64,000 nt of DNA from Eubacteriales bacterium (lineage in GTDB: Bacteria > Bacillota > Clostridia > Oscillospirales > CAG-382), in NCBI GenBank assembly GCA_045535465.1, contig JAZSLS010000016.1:270-64269 (forward strand), in the 5' to 3' direction. Below the pieces are notes generated by a model that made no database searches, was not told the DNA's origin, and was given only the letters and a program-made list of their open reading frames with translations. Shown piece after piece: positions 17,846 through 28,013 of the stretch. The first letter of the stretch is position 1. Every line of letters begins with the position of its first letter. Position numbers and translations under genes: made by a program.

Positions 17846-18550
17846 ATGTTTGCTATTTACAAGCGTGAGCTTAAGGCTTACTTTATTGCCCCCATAGGCT
17901 ACCTTTTTACGGCAAACTTTCTTGCCGTGTCCGGTCTGCTTTTCTCTATATGCACTTTGCAAAAGCAAAGCCAAAGCAGCGTGGGTGACTATTTTGAGCT
18001 GCTTATTTACGCCTTTGCGGTTTTGCTTCCCCTGCTTACGATGAAATCTCTTTCCGAAGAGCGTAAAACCAAGTCGGAGCAGTTGATTATGACCAGCCCC
18101 GTTTCCGTAGGCGGTATGGTTATGGGTAAATATCTTGCAGCGCTTACCGTTTTTGCGGCAGTGCTTGCTTGTAACAGCCTAAACTTTGTGCTGCTTGAGG
18201 TTTACGGTAACCCCAACGTGGCGCTGCTTGCCTCCAACCTTATTTGCCTTTTCTTTATAGGTGCGCTGTTCCTTGCTATCGGTATTTTCTTCTCCTCTCT
18301 TACGGAAGACCCCCTTATTTCCGCTATCACTTCTATGGACGTTATTTTTGTAATGCTTGCAATTAACTTCCTTTCCGATATCAGTATCCCTTGGCTTAAA
18401 AAGGTTGTGGATTGGTTCTCCATTCTCGCCCGTTACGAGCCCTTTACCTACGGGATTTTGGATATAACCTCCGTAATTTACTACGTTTCCCTGGCAGGCG
18501 TGTTCCTTTTCCTTACCGTAAGGGTTTACGAGCGCCGCAGATGGGCTTAA
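17846..18550 (+). CDS. ABC-2 type permease (GldF-like)
   Basis: Six hydrophobic segments. It starts 3 nt after the ATPase stop. Confidence 0.8.
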   Translation: MFAIYKRELKAYFIAPIGYLFTANFLAVSGLLFSICTLQKQSQSSVGDYFELLIYAFAVLLPLLTMKSLSEERKTKSEQLIMTSPVSVGGMVMGKYLAALTVFAAVLACNSLNFVLLEVYGNPNVALLASNLICLFFIGALFLAIGIFFSSLTEDPLISAITSMDVIFVMLAINFLSDISIPWLKKVVDWFSILARYEPFTYGILDITSVIYYVSLAGVFLFLTVRVYERRRWA

Positions 18551-18568
18551 TTGAAGGAGGTTTTTGAT

Positions 18569-20122
18569 ATGAACGATAAACAAAGCATAAAGTCCTCCCG
18601 CAAGCTTAAATACGGCACTCTTTCCGCAGGCTTTGTAATTGTGGTTGTGGTTCTTTGCATTGCCGTTAACCTTATCGCCTCAGGCCTTTCCGCTAAGTGG
18701 GATTTGCGTGTGGATATTACCGATAACGAATCCAGATTTTATACCATAAGCGAAGCTTCAAAAACCCTTATCGGGGACTATTTTAAGGACGACCCGGACT
18801 GGAAGGTGGAGATAACCTTCCTTGCACCCGAGGACAAGGTAAGCGATAAGATGGTTTTGGAGATGGCTCGCTCCTACGAGTCGCTGTTTATAGGTCACAT
18901 TACCATTAAATTTGTGGACATAGTTGCTGACCCTGTTTTTGCCGCAGAGCAAACTCAGCTTACTCAGGTTCCCCTTTCCGCAAAGCACATATTGGTAAAG
19001 GGTAAGTACCATACCAGAGCTATAAGCTTTTCTGCTTTTTATTACTACGACCAATCCGTTGGCTACGAGCCCGTTGCTTTTACGGGCGAAAAGACCTATA
19101 CCGGCGCTATAATCCGTGCAGGCGTTAAGGACAGCCCCAAGGCGGTGTTTACCATTGGCCACGGCGAAAGCCTGGACGGCATTGACCTTGGCGACATTGC
19201 AGGTAATAAATCCACCTCTCTTGAGGAGGTTTCTCACTACGTTCCTTTGTTTGACTCCCTTTTTGATATGGGCTTTGAGGTTACCCTTGTTAACCTTGAT
19301 AAGGAAGAGCTTCCCGAGGAGACTCGTATAGTTATTATATGCGACCCTAAGTATGACTTTTTGGGCTACGACACCGAAAACCCCGAGGCAGACGGTGAGA
19401 TAGACGTTCTTCGCAAGTATATGGACGGCTGGAACTCCTCCTTGCTTTTGGCGGTTAACACCTCTACCCCTACCCTTCCCAACCTTATGGAGTTTATGAG
19501 CCACGACTACGGTCTTAGCTACGTTCCCGGCGCAATTGTTACCGATAACTCCAACTCTATAAAGGGCAGCGGTGGCAGACTTGTGCTTGGTGCTATGCCC
19601 GGTACCATTATGGACTACACCGTTGAACAGCAATTGCTTTCCGGCTTTGGCGGCGGCGAACGCTTTGTGTTTAACGATGCCGTTAAGCTGACGGTTGACA
19701 CCCACGTAAAGGGTGACGGCATCCTTATGAACAGCTATTCCACCGCTACAAGCGAAGGCAAGACAGGTGTTTATCCCCTCTTTGCTTTTACTACCGATGC
19801 TGAGGCTGTTCCAAACCCCGACGGTGTTGGCGACGACGAGGCTTATATGTACAAGACTGCCTATATGCTTAGCTCTACCGACTTCCTTTCCTCTAAGGGC
19901 TTAGTTTCTCAATACGCAAACCGTGCTTTGCTTGAAAGCGTGCTGCGTATGGCTAACTCCTCCAAGGACTACCTTGGCATTAAGGAAGTATTCTTTGCAG
20001 ACGAAGCTCTTGATATAACCACCGCCAAGGCAAGGCTTTGGACTATTGTTGTGGTAATTGCAGTGCCTGCGGCAGTGTTTACCGTGGCGGCTGTTGTTTG
20101 GATAAGAAGACGCCACTCTTAA
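18569..20122 (+). CDS. GldG-like ABC transporter auxiliary protein
   Basis: ATG follows GAAGGAGG. N- and C-terminal TM anchors flank a large extracytoplasmic domain, the typical GldG / ABC_transp_aux architecture after a GldA/F-like pair. Confidence 0.7.
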   Translation: MNDKQSIKSSRKLKYGTLSAGFVIVVVVLCIAVNLIASGLSAKWDLRVDITDNESRFYTISEASKTLIGDYFKDDPDWKVEITFLAPEDKVSDKMVLEMARSYESLFIGHITIKFVDIVADPVFAAEQTQLTQVPLSAKHILVKGKYHTRAISFSAFYYYDQSVGYEPVAFTGEKTYTGAIIRAGVKDSPKAVFTIGHGESLDGIDLGDIAGNKSTSLEEVSHYVPLFDSLFDMGFEVTLVNLDKEELPEETRIVIICDPKYDFLGYDTENPEADGEIDVLRKYMDGWNSSLLLAVNTSTPTLPNLMEFMSHDYGLSYVPGAIVTDNSNSIKGSGGRLVLGAMPGTIMDYTVEQQLLSGFGGGERFVFNDAVKLTVDTHVKGDGILMNSYSTATSEGKTGVYPLFAFTTDAEAVPNPDGVGDDEAYMYKTAYMLSSTDFLSSKGLVSQYANRALLESVLRMANSSKDYLGIKEVFFADEALDITTAKARLWTIVVVIAVPAAVFTVAAVVWIRRRHS

Positions 20123-20132
20123 TGGAGCGTAT

Positions 20133-21995
20133 ATGAAAAAGTTTACCAAATTTCAAAAACAAATAATTGCCATTGTTTCCGTGCTTTTGGTTGCAGGGCT
20201 TTGCTTTGGCGCATATTTTATTTTCTTTGACAAGGACACGGAGCTTACGGCCTCTTTCCCCTTCAATGCCGAGGAGCTTAAGGCTGCAAAAAAGCTGGGC
20301 AGAACCAACTTTACCTTCGCTGCCGAAAAGGGCAAGGCAACAACGGAGGAAGCCTATATGATGCACTTGGCAGAGGGCTATGCCTCTGTTAACAAAAAGG
20401 TTTCCGTTTCCTACGGGGTGGACGACGAAGCCTGCCAAATCATCTCAGGCGGCAAAACCTACGTGGTTGATATGGATAAGGAGTTTATCCGCCGTGAGGA
20501 CGGAACCGCTTACGCAAGCACCGTAAGGGCGTTTTTCAACAACAGCCTTTTCGGCAAGGACTTTGGCATAACCACCGAGGCTTTACCCGGCTTTAACCTT
20601 TACGGTGATATGGTAAACAGCTCGGGTGGTGCGTATATTTACGACCCCATCCAAAGAGAAAACATTAAATACATCTATGTAAAAAACCAATATGACGAGC
20701 TTACTTTTATACCCGAAAGCGGCACCTTTTACCTGCTTGACTCGGTAATGGACCTTAACACGTCTGTTTCTGCTACCCTTGTGGCGGCTGTGCGTTCGCC
20801 CGTAGCAACAAACATAATACCGCTTGAGTACAAAACCGATGCGGAATACAACAAGCTTCTTGCAGACTACGGTCTTGACGACGATGAAAAGCTTAACGCC
20901 GCTATCCTTATAGAAGACGACGACGGCAACGCCTCTTACTTGAAAATTGGTAAGGCTTTGTCGGACGGTACGGGCTTTTACGCTCTTTGCCACGGCAAAA
21001 AGGATAGAATATACGTTATGCAGCAAAGCATTTCCAACTATATTCTTGTGCCCAAGGAAAAGTTTTTAATTGCAAACTACGGCACTCCCCTTGAGGACCT
21101 TGCCCTTGTTTATTCCACCGTTACGGATATTGAGATAGGCATAGGCGAGGATGAACCTCTTAAGGCTGTTTTTATGACCGATGAGGAGAAGAAAAACCAC
21201 CCTATTAATTACTCCTGGAAGATAACGGGCCCCGACAGATTTATATCGGGTGAGTTTGACTATGCCCTGCCTGAGTTTGGCAATATAGGCGACCTGCTTA
21301 ACACTCTTTGCGCTATGTCCTCCGACACGGTGGTTTCCGCTACCGTTGACGATGAAAGCCTTAAGGAATACGGGCTGGATACTCCCTACCGCAGCTACTC
21401 TTGGTTGCACAAGGGCAAGGAGGAAGACATTCGCTGCACTGTACATTTCAGCAAACCTACCGACGACGGCTACCTTTTTGTTTACGGCATTAAGGAAAAC
21501 GTTACGGAAAAAGAAAAGGAAGTTTTAGGCATCTCCCGCATTGCAAAAAGCAAGTTTGCTTACCTTGACTACACCGTTATGGACTATCTTGATACCAAGC
21601 TTTACACCCAATATTTTGATAGGCTTGACACTATGTCCTTTACAAGAAACGGCACAGAATACGTGGTTAACTTTACAAAGGACAGTGCCGGTTTAGTTAC
21701 CGCAGCAAGGATTAACGGCAAGGATACCGATTTGCTTAGCTGCCGTAATTTCTACAAAAACCTGCTTCACTGCTATGTTTTGGGCGAGTATAAAGGGGAA
21801 GACTCCCCCAAGGAGCTTCTTGAAATAAGCCTTACCGCAAACGATAAAACCGCCGTCCTTTCCTTTGGGCGTATCTCCAATATGAAGGCATACTGTCTTG
21901 TTAGCGGTAAAACCGAGTATGAGATGGACTACGTTCTTCTTGAGACTCTTATAGCAAACGTCGATGCCCTTATTGCAGGGGAGGTAATTAAATGA
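20133..21995 (+). CDS. DUF4340-like membrane-anchored protein
   Basis: N-terminal TM anchor (IIAIVSVLLVAGLCFGAYFIFF). Its position directly after the GldG homologue is the usual context of DUF4340. Confidence 0.5.
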   Translation: MKKFTKFQKQIIAIVSVLLVAGLCFGAYFIFFDKDTELTASFPFNAEELKAAKKLGRTNFTFAAEKGKATTEEAYMMHLAEGYASVNKKVSVSYGVDDEACQIISGGKTYVVDMDKEFIRREDGTAYASTVRAFFNNSLFGKDFGITTEALPGFNLYGDMVNSSGGAYIYDPIQRENIKYIYVKNQYDELTFIPESGTFYLLDSVMDLNTSVSATLVAAVRSPVATNIIPLEYKTDAEYNKLLADYGLDDDEKLNAAILIEDDDGNASYLKIGKALSDGTGFYALCHGKKDRIYVMQQSISNYILVPKEKFLIANYGTPLEDLALVYSTVTDIEIGIGEDEPLKAVFMTDEEKKNHPINYSWKITGPDRFISGEFDYALPEFGNIGDLLNTLCAMSSDTVVSATVDDESLKEYGLDTPYRSYSWLHKGKEEDIRCTVHFSKPTDDGYLFVYGIKENVTEKEKEVLGISRIAKSKFAYLDYTVMDYLDTKLYTQYFDRLDTMSFTRNGTEYVVNFTKDSAGLVTAARINGKDTDLLSCRNFYKNLLHCYVLGEYKGEDSPKELLEISLTANDKTAVLSFGRISNMKAYCLVSGKTEYEMDYVLLETLIANVDALIAGEVIK

Positions 21996-22783
21996 GGCGT
22001 TTTGCCCTTTGCCTCCTTGCTTTATTGCTTTTCCTCTCCGCTTGCGGTGAAAAAAAGCAAGAGCCTATTCCGCCCCTTGATACGGTGATAACCGCTGTTA
22101 ACGCCTTCAACGGCGAGGACCTGCGCTCCGTTAGCTTTTTGCTTAACGTCACAGAGGAGGGCAAGGAAGGCAGCGCCTTTTTCACCCAAGGCAACACAGC
22201 CTACAGCAAGGCAAAGCCCGTGGCTATGTCGGGCAGAGTAACCCAGATATACAAGGGCGTTGGCTCTACCGCCGATATTTTTTACAAGGCGGGTGCGTAC
22301 TATCGTGGCAGTGAGGACTCCAAATACTACCTTTTAATGGATAAGGAAGTGCTTCTTGGTCAGTTTTTCTGCACCGATGCCCCTAAGCTTGATGAAAATT
22401 CGGTGCGTTACGGCAGAAGCGCAGAAACAGACGCAGGAACTAAGTACACGCTGGGTGTAAATGTGGATAAGGGCTTTTTAAAATCGCTTTTTGAGGAAAC
22501 GCTAAACACCTCCATAGGGCTTAGAAAGCCCGACAAGGAGCGTACCGTTTACGGAGAGCCTGAGTGTGTTTACGTTATTTCCTCCAACGAAAAGCTTGTT
22601 GGCTTTAAAATAAGCCTTGACGTTACTATGTACGAAACCCCCACCTACTACCCCAACTATTCCGTGTCGGATGAAGAGCTTGAGCGTAGATACAAGGTAG
22701 AGTACGAGATAACCGTAAAAGCCGTTGGTGACAAGGTGGAAATTATTTCCCCCGTTACCAAGGACTACGTTTATTTGCGATAG
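21992..22783 (+). CDS. lipoprotein, unknown function
   Basis: ATGA overlap with the upstream gene. Signal peptide with lipobox (LFLSAC). Confidence 0.7.
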   Translation: MRRFALCLLALLLFLSACGEKKQEPIPPLDTVITAVNAFNGEDLRSVSFLLNVTEEGKEGSAFFTQGNTAYSKAKPVAMSGRVTQIYKGVGSTADIFYKAGAYYRGSEDSKYYLLMDKEVLLGQFFCTDAPKLDENSVRYGRSAETDAGTKYTLGVNVDKGFLKSLFEETLNTSIGLRKPDKERTVYGEPECVYVISSNEKLVGFKISLDVTMYETPTYYPNYSVSDEELERRYKVEYEITVKAVGDKVEIISPVTKDYVYLR

Positions 22784-22796
22784 CAAAAAATTTTTC

Positions 22797-22825
22797 TTGA
22801 CAAAACGTATAAAACGGTTTATAAT
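22797..22825 (+). promoter_or_regulatory. consensus sigma-A promoter of the TPP riboswitch/thiT unit
   Basis: TTGACA (22797-22802), 17-nt spacer, TATAAT (22820-22825). Confidence 0.8.
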
Positions 22826-22865
22826 ATCCACAATAAGAGAGGACTTAGAAAGTCCTTTCGGAAAA

Positions 22866-22956
22866 TAATTTAATTGGGGTGCTTGGCGTTTTTGGTTGCG
22901 CCGGGCTGAGATTATACCCATTGTACCTGTACGGATAATGCCGACGTAGGAAAATA
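22866..22956 (+). promoter_or_regulatory. TPP (THI-box) riboswitch aptamer
   Basis: GGGGTGC..GGGCTGAGA..ACCC..GTACCTGTACGGATAATGCCGACGTAGGAA matches the conserved THI-box core (Rfam RF00059 class). A thiamine transporter gene lies downstream. Confidence 0.9.
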
Positions 22957-22977
22957 CAGCTTTTTTGTGCTGATTTT

Positions 22978-23015
22978 GGCTTGCAAGGATTATATTCCGT
23001 TGCAAGCCTTTTTTT
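22978..23015 (+). terminator. intrinsic terminator (riboswitch expression platform)
   Basis: GGCTTGCAA (22978-22986) / TTGCAAGCC (23000-23008) followed by T7. Confidence 0.85.
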
Positions 23016-23019
23016 GTGG

Positions 23020-23248
23020 CAGACCACTGATAAAGGCACAGAACACGAAAAATAAAATTAATTATATAATAAAGCCGAAAATCCACGGGAAACATCCCCT
23101 GAATTTTCCCCGATTTATTTTATTTTTTTCGTTCGAAACGAACCTCGGCTCACAGTACTCCGGGGTCCCCACAAAAATGTATTTTTGTGGGGTGGTAATA
23201 CAGCTTTCGCCTCGGTTCGTTCCGTCTGCACTCTTTATCAGCACTCTG
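23020..23248 (+). mobile_element. MITE-like structured repeat, family 1, copy A
   Basis: Collinear with 49265-49456: the same head CAGACCRCTGAYAAAGGCACAGARCACGAAAAAT, core TTTTTTCGTTCRAAACGAACCTCGGCTCACAGTAC, and tail CGCCTCGGTTCGTTYCGTCTGCAC..CAGCACTCTGC. The tail is an imperfect inverted copy of the head. No ORF. Confidence 0.7.
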
Positions 23249-23259
23249 CAGGGGTGTTT

Positions 23260-23317
23260 ATAAAGGCACAGAACACAAAAAAACAAAACGGTATAATAAA
23301 GCTGAAAAGTCACGGGA
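23260..23317 (+). repeat. partial second head of family 1
   Basis: ATAAAGGCACAGAACACAAAAAAACAAAACGGTATAATAAAGCTGAAAAGTCACGGGA parallels 23030-23090. Confidence 0.7.
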
Positions 23318-23347
23318 TGTCTTACAGTACGAAGAAAGGAGTTTATT

Positions 23348-23944
23348 ATGAACCAAAAACAAAAACTACTTGCACTTACCGAGTGCGCTCTTATGCTGGC
23401 GCTGGCAACGGCGCTTTCCTTCGTAAAGCTGTATCAGGCGCCGTTGGGTGGCTCCGTTACCTTGCTTTCTATGCTTCCCATTATGTTCATATCCTTCCGT
23501 TACGGAATAAAACGGGGTCTTGCCTGCGGCTTTGTATATTCGCTTATCCAGCTTTGGCAAGGCAGCGGAAATCTTGCATACGTTCCCACTGCTATGGGCG
23601 TTGTGGGATGCATAGCCTTAGACTACATTTTACCCTTTACCCTGTTGGGGCTTGCAGGCATTTTTTATAAAAAAGACGGCTCTGTTAAGCAAAAGACCCT
23701 TACCGCAGTCCTTGGCGTATGCCTTGCCGCCGCTCTTCGCTTTGCTTGTCATTTCCTTGGCGGTGCTGTAGTTTGGTATGAGATAACCAAAACGGGAATG
23801 TGGAACGATTACGTTCAGACCGTTGGTATGTGGACCTATTCCTTTGTTTATAACGGTACTTACTTAGGTCCCGATGCCGCTTTGGTAATTATTGCCTCCC
23901 CTGCTATACCCCTTATAGAAAAGGCTCTCAAAAAGGTTAAGTAA
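23348..23944 (+). CDS. thiT: thiamine transporter ThiT (ECF S-component / YuaJ family)
   Basis: 198-aa six-TM protein. N-terminus LLALTECALMLALATALSFV resembles ThiT. It is downstream of the TPP riboswitch. Confidence 0.8.
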   Translation: MNQKQKLLALTECALMLALATALSFVKLYQAPLGGSVTLLSMLPIMFISFRYGIKRGLACGFVYSLIQLWQGSGNLAYVPTAMGVVGCIALDYILPFTLLGLAGIFYKKDGSVKQKTLTAVLGVCLAAALRFACHFLGGAVVWYEITKTGMWNDYVQTVGMWTYSFVYNGTYLGPDAALVIIASPAIPLIEKALKKVK

Positions 23945-23975
23945 CCAACGGAGAAAAGGAGCCCGATGGGCTCCC

Positions 23976-24008
23976 CAGACCGCTGATAAAGGCACAGAGC
24001 ACGAAAAG
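23976..24008 (+). repeat. solo head motif of family 1
   Basis: CAGACCGCTGATAAAGGCACAGAGCACGAAAAG starts 1 nt after the hairpin GGAGCCC/GGGCTCC (23958-23974). Confidence 0.8.
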
Positions 24009-24039
24009 CGAAAAATCAACATCTAAAAAATACAAACAG

Positions 24040-24072
24040 AAAAAGTGGCTTTAATTAAGCCACTTTTTCTAC
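24040..24072. terminator. bidirectional intrinsic terminator (thiT / valS)
   Basis: AAAAGTGGCTT (24041-24051) / AAGCCACTTTT (24057-24067), with T-runs on both strands. It lies between convergent genes. Confidence 0.8.
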
Positions 24073-24092
24073 TTTATAGTGTAAAAATTTAA

Positions 24093-26720
24093 TTACATAG
24101 CCTGAAGTGCTTGGCGAAGCTGAGCTGCCTTTTCCGTAAACTTTGCCAGCTTTTCCTTTTCTGCCTCTACAAGATGCGCAGGCGCACGGTCAACAAAGGA
24201 AGCGTTGTTAAGCTTACCCTCGGCACGGGCAATTTCCGCCTCGGTTGCCGCAAGCTCCTTAGTAAGGCGTTCCTTTTCTGCCGCTCTGTCAACCAGCTCA
24301 TCCATAGGCAGGTAAAGCACTGCGTCAAAGGTAACTGCCTGTACCATATCCTTGCCGTCAAAGTCATCGGCAGCTATGGTAACGTCGGAAGCGGAAGCAA
24401 GCTTTTCAAAGAAGATAGCCGCTTTTTCAAACAAAGCCTTCTTTTCGGTCTTAATATAGATATGTGCCTTGCGGGAGGGAACTGCGCCTATCTCGGCACG
24501 GCGGTTACGAACGGCCTTAATAGCCTCGATAACTGCGTTCATAGCCTCTTCATCTTCGGCAAACGTAAGCTCTTCCTTAAACTGAGGGAAGTCGGAAACC
24601 ATTATGCTTTCACCGTTGTGAGGCAGGGTCTGCCAAATTTCCTCGGTTATGAAGGGCATAAAGGGATGAAGCAGCTTCATAATACCCGAAAGAACGTAAA
24701 CAAGAGTAGACTGGGCTACCAAGCAGGTATCGCTGCCCTTTTCGTTAAGACGGGGCTTAACAAGCTCAATATACCAATCGCAGAAGTAGTCCCAAGCAAA
24801 GTCGTAAAGCTTTGCTACGGCAACACCAAGCTCAAACTTATCAAGGTTATCGCAAACGTCCTTAACAAGGGCGTTGTATTTGCTTATAATCCACTTGTCC
24901 TCGGTGGCAAGGGTGGAAACGTCAATGCTGTCTGCATCAAATTCCTCTGTAAGGTTCATAAGCACAAACCTTGCGGCGTTCCAAAGCTTGTTGGCAAAGT
25001 TACGGCTTGCCTCAACCTTCTTGTCGGTAAAACGCATATCGTTTCCGGGGCTGTTACCGGAAGCAAGAGTAAAGCGGAGTGCGTCCGCACCGTACTTGTC
25101 AATAACCTCAAGAGGGTCAATGCCGTTGCCCAAGGACTTAGACATCTTTCTGCCCAGCTCGTCCCTTACAAGACCGTGGATAAGAACGGTGTTAAAGGGG
25201 GCTTTGCCTGTGTACTCAAGCCCTGAGAATATCATACGGGATACCCAGAAGGTAATTATATCGTAGCCTGTAACAAGGGTAGAGGTAGGATAAAAACGAC
25301 GAAGGTCGTCGGTATCGTCGGGCCAGCCAAGGGTAGAGAAGGGCCAAAGGGCGGAGCTGAACCAAGTGTCAAGAGTATCGGGGTCCTGACGCTTAGCCTT
25401 GCCGCACTTAGGACAAACGGCGCTGTCCTCCTTGGTAACTACCAGCTCGCCGCAGTCGTCACAATAAAAGGCAGGTATCCTGTGGCCCCACCAAAGCTGA
25501 CGGGAGATGCACCAGTCACGAATGTTTTCCATCCAGTGGAAATAGTTCTTTTCAAAGCGTTCGGGAACAAACTTAATGTCACCCTCACGAACTGCCTTAA
25601 TAGCGGGAGCAGCCAATTCCTCCATACTTACAAACCACTGGAGGGAGGCTCTGGGCTCGATAGTGGTGCCGCAACGGTAGCAGGTGCCAACGTTGTGAGC
25701 GTGGTCTTCTATGCGAACAAGGAAGCCGCCTGCCTCAAGGTCCTTAACTATAGCCTTGCGGGCAGCAAAGCGGTCCATACCTGCATAAGCGGGATAGTCC
25801 TCGGTTATCTTAGCGTCGTCGGTCATAACGTTGATAACCTCAAGGTCGTGGCGTTTGCCAACCTCAAAGTCGTTGGGGTCGTGGGCAGGAGTAATCTTAA
25901 CAACGCCCGTACCAAAGTCCATTTCAACGTAATCGTCGGCAACAACAGGTATCTCTCTGCCTACCAAGGGGAGAACAAGAGTCTTACCGATAATGTTCTT
26001 ATATCTTTCATCGCTCGGGTTAACTGCAACAGCGGTATCGCCCAGCATTGTTTCGGGTCTGGTGGTAGCTACCTCAACGTAGCCGCTGCCATCCTTAAAG
26101 GGATAACGAAGGTGCCAAAAATGGCCTGCCTGCTCCTCGTAGTTTACCTCGGCATCGGAGATGGAGGTAAGACAATGGGGGCACCAGTTGATAATACGCT
26201 TGCCACGGTAGATAAGCCCCTTGTTGTAAAGGCGTACAAACACCTCTTTTACTGCCTTGGAGCAACCCTCGTCCATAGTAAAGCGCTGTCTTGACCAATC
26301 GCAGGAGGTACCCATCTTCTTAAGCTGTTCGATAATACGGTTGCCGTACTTATCGTTCCAAGCCCAAGCACGCTCAAGAAAGCCGTCACGACCTATATCG
26401 TCCTTGGTAACGCCTTCCTTTCTCATAGCTTCAACTATCTTTGCCTCGGTAGCGATAGATGCGTGGTCGGTACCGGGAAGCCAAAGGGTGTCAAAGCCGC
26501 ACATACGCTTATATCTTATAAGAATATCCTGCAGAGTGTTGTCAAGGGCGTGGCCCATATGAAGCTGACCTGTAATATTTGGTGGAGGAATAACTATGGT
26601 ATAGCTTTCCTTGCCTTTATTTTCTGCCTTGGGGGCGAAGAAGCCTCTTTCGCTCCAAAAAGCGTACAGCCTGTCCTCAACCGCCTTGGGGTCATACTTT
26701 TTTTCAAGTTGTTTAAGCAT
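24093..26720 (-). CDS. valS: valine--tRNA ligase
   Basis: 875 aa. HIGH region [19 protein letters not shown] as [10 protein letters not shown]-terminal coiled coil. Confidence 0.97.
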   Translation of the reverse strand: MLKQLEKKYDPKAVEDRLYAFWSERGFFAPKAENKGKESYTIVIPPPNITGQLHMGHALDNTLQDILIRYKRMCGFDTLWLPGTDHASIATEAKIVEAMRKEGVTKDDIGRDGFLERAWAWNDKYGNRIIEQLKKMGTSCDWSRQRFTMDEGCSKAVKEVFVRLYNKGLIYRGKRIINWCPHCLTSISDAEVNYEEQAGHFWHLRYPFKDGSGYVEVATTRPETMLGDTAVAVNPSDERYKNIIGKTLVLPLVGREIPVVADDYVEMDFGTGVVKITPAHDPNDFEVGKRHDLEVINVMTDDAKITEDYPAYAGMDRFAARKAIVKDLEAGGFLVRIEDHAHNVGTCYRCGTTIEPRASLQWFVSMEELAAPAIKAVREGDIKFVPERFEKNYFHWMENIRDWCISRQLWWGHRIPAFYCDDCGELVVTKEDSAVCPKCGKAKRQDPDTLDTWFSSALWPFSTLGWPDDTDDLRRFYPTSTLVTGYDIITFWVSRMIFSGLEYTGKAPFNTVLIHGLVRDELGRKMSKSLGNGIDPLEVIDKYGADALRFTLASGNSPGNDMRFTDKKVEASRNFANKLWNAARFVLMNLTEEFDADSIDVSTLATEDKWIISKYNALVKDVCDNLDKFELGVAVAKLYDFAWDYFCDWYIELVKPRLNEKGSDTCLVAQSTLVYVLSGIMKLLHPFMPFITEEIWQTLPHNGESIMVSDFPQFKEELTFAEDEEAMNAVIEAIKAVRNRRAEIGAVPSRKAHIYIKTEKKALFEKAAIFFEKLASASDVTIAADDFDGKDMVQAVTFDAVLYLPMDELVDRAAEKERLTKELAATEAEIARAEGKLNNASFVDRAPAHLVEAEKEKLAKFTEKAAQLRQALQAM

Positions 26721-26739
26721 ATCCTGTCTATTATTCCTT

Positions 26740-27996
26740 TCAGTTTCTGTCTTTTATGGTGTTCATAACCAAGCCTGTCTTAAGCTTGGGATAGAAGTAG
26801 GTGGATTTTTGAGGCATTTTACCGCCGGAGAGAGAAACACTTTTAATCTCGCCAACCTTGGTGGGGTTAAGGATAAATGCCGCACTGCTCTCACCGCTCT
26901 TAACGCTGGCAACCGCCTCCTCTATATCTCTTGTATATCTAAGGTTGCGCTGTGCCGCCATATTTTCCTTATCTATGCCAAGGCATTCCTCAAGCACCAG
27001 GTCGTGAAGCACCGAAACGTCCAATGCGGAAAGGCCGCCGTCATTTCTGTCGTCTATCTCGCCCTTGTACACAAGAAGGGTAAAGCCTTCGCCGCCGGTG
27101 TAAAGAGCGTAGGCCTTACGGTCAGTGTAGTCGGCAAGAATCTCCTCTGCCTGATTTACGTCCTCGTATTCCTCTATATCAAACTTGTAAACAAGCTTGG
27201 CAAGAAGCTCGTCCTTGTTTACGGGCATACTGTGTATAAGCCTGTGGGTGGGGAAAATAACAAGACCGTCGTTATCCATATCCACAAGGGTCATAAGCAC
27301 GTAGTCACGGTTAGCGGCGCACTCGCCCCTCTCCTCAAGATATTCCTTAAACTTAACGGCAGTTTCGTATCTGTGGTGGCCGTCTGCAATAAATATCTGC
27401 TTTTCTGCCATAGCACGTACTATATGAGCTATCTCAGCGGAATCATCAATACGCCAAAGAGTGTGGGTAACGCCCTCGTCGTCGGTAAAGCACTGGTCGG
27501 GAGCCTTGGCCGCTGCCTTTTGTACCACGCCGGTTATCTTCGCTTCCTCGTCCACGTACAAGCCGTAAATGGAGGAGAAGTTACAAAGAGTGGATTTCAT
27601 AAGCTCAAACCTGTCTGCCTTTGCGTGGGACAAGGTGTTTTCGTGAGGAAGCACTATACCCTCGGAGAAGGGATAAAGCTTACAAAGGCAGATGATGCCC
27701 TTAAGGGAAAATCTTTCGCCCTTAACCTCAAAATCCTCGCCGTAAACGTAAATACATTCCTCGCTGTCACGCTCAAGAACGCCGTTTGCAAGCCAAGCCT
27801 CTAAAAGCTTAGACGCCTCTTCATACTTGTTTTCGCCCTCGGGCTTCTCAAGCCTTACAAGATTGTAAGGACTGCCCTTGATAAGCGCTGCCCTTTCCTC
27901 GTCACTGATAATGTCATAGGGGGGGCAGACGTTAAGAGAAAGAGAGCCTGCCATATCGGTATATCTCAGCGCACGTATAGGTCTAATTTCAGCCAT
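26740..27996 (-). CDS. DUF1015 domain-containing protein
   Basis: N-terminus [12 protein letters not shown] and the 418-aa length are typical of DUF1015. It lies 19 nt upstream of valS on the same strand. Confidence 0.7.
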   Translation of the reverse strand: MAEIRPIRALRYTDMAGSLSLNVCPPYDIISDEERAALIKGSPYNLVRLEKPEGENKYEEASKLLEAWLANGVLERDSEECIYVYGEDFEVKGERFSLKGIICLCKLYPFSEGIVLPHENTLSHAKADRFELMKSTLCNFSSIYGLYVDEEAKITGVVQKAAAKAPDQCFTDDEGVTHTLWRIDDSAEIAHIVRAMAEKQIFIADGHHRYETAVKFKEYLEERGECAANRDYVLMTLVDMDNDGLVIFPTHRLIHSMPVNKDELLAKLVYKFDIEEYEDVNQAEEILADYTDRKAYALYTGGEGFTLLVYKGEIDDRNDGGLSALDVSVLHDLVLEECLGIDKENMAAQRNLRYTRDIEEAVASVKSGESSAAFILNPTKVGEIKSVSLSGGKMPQKSTYFYPKLKTGLVMNTIKDRN

Positions 27997-28013
27997 AAAC
28001 TGTTACACTCCTT

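Noticed and set aside
23140-23235. tRNA-like T-arm motif (GGTTCGTTCC and GTTCGAAAC) inside the family 1 repeats, suggesting a tRNA gene or pseudogene.
   Set aside because: No acceptor, D or anticodon arms can be drawn around it. The motif is part of the long internal pairing AACGAACC/GGTTCGTT of the repeat.
23185-23670. A 161-aa plus-strand ORF starting inside the MITE-like repeat and running into thiT.
   Set aside because: It is out of frame with the well-supported thiT ORF (23348-23944) and begins in repeat sequence. It is a chance ORF.
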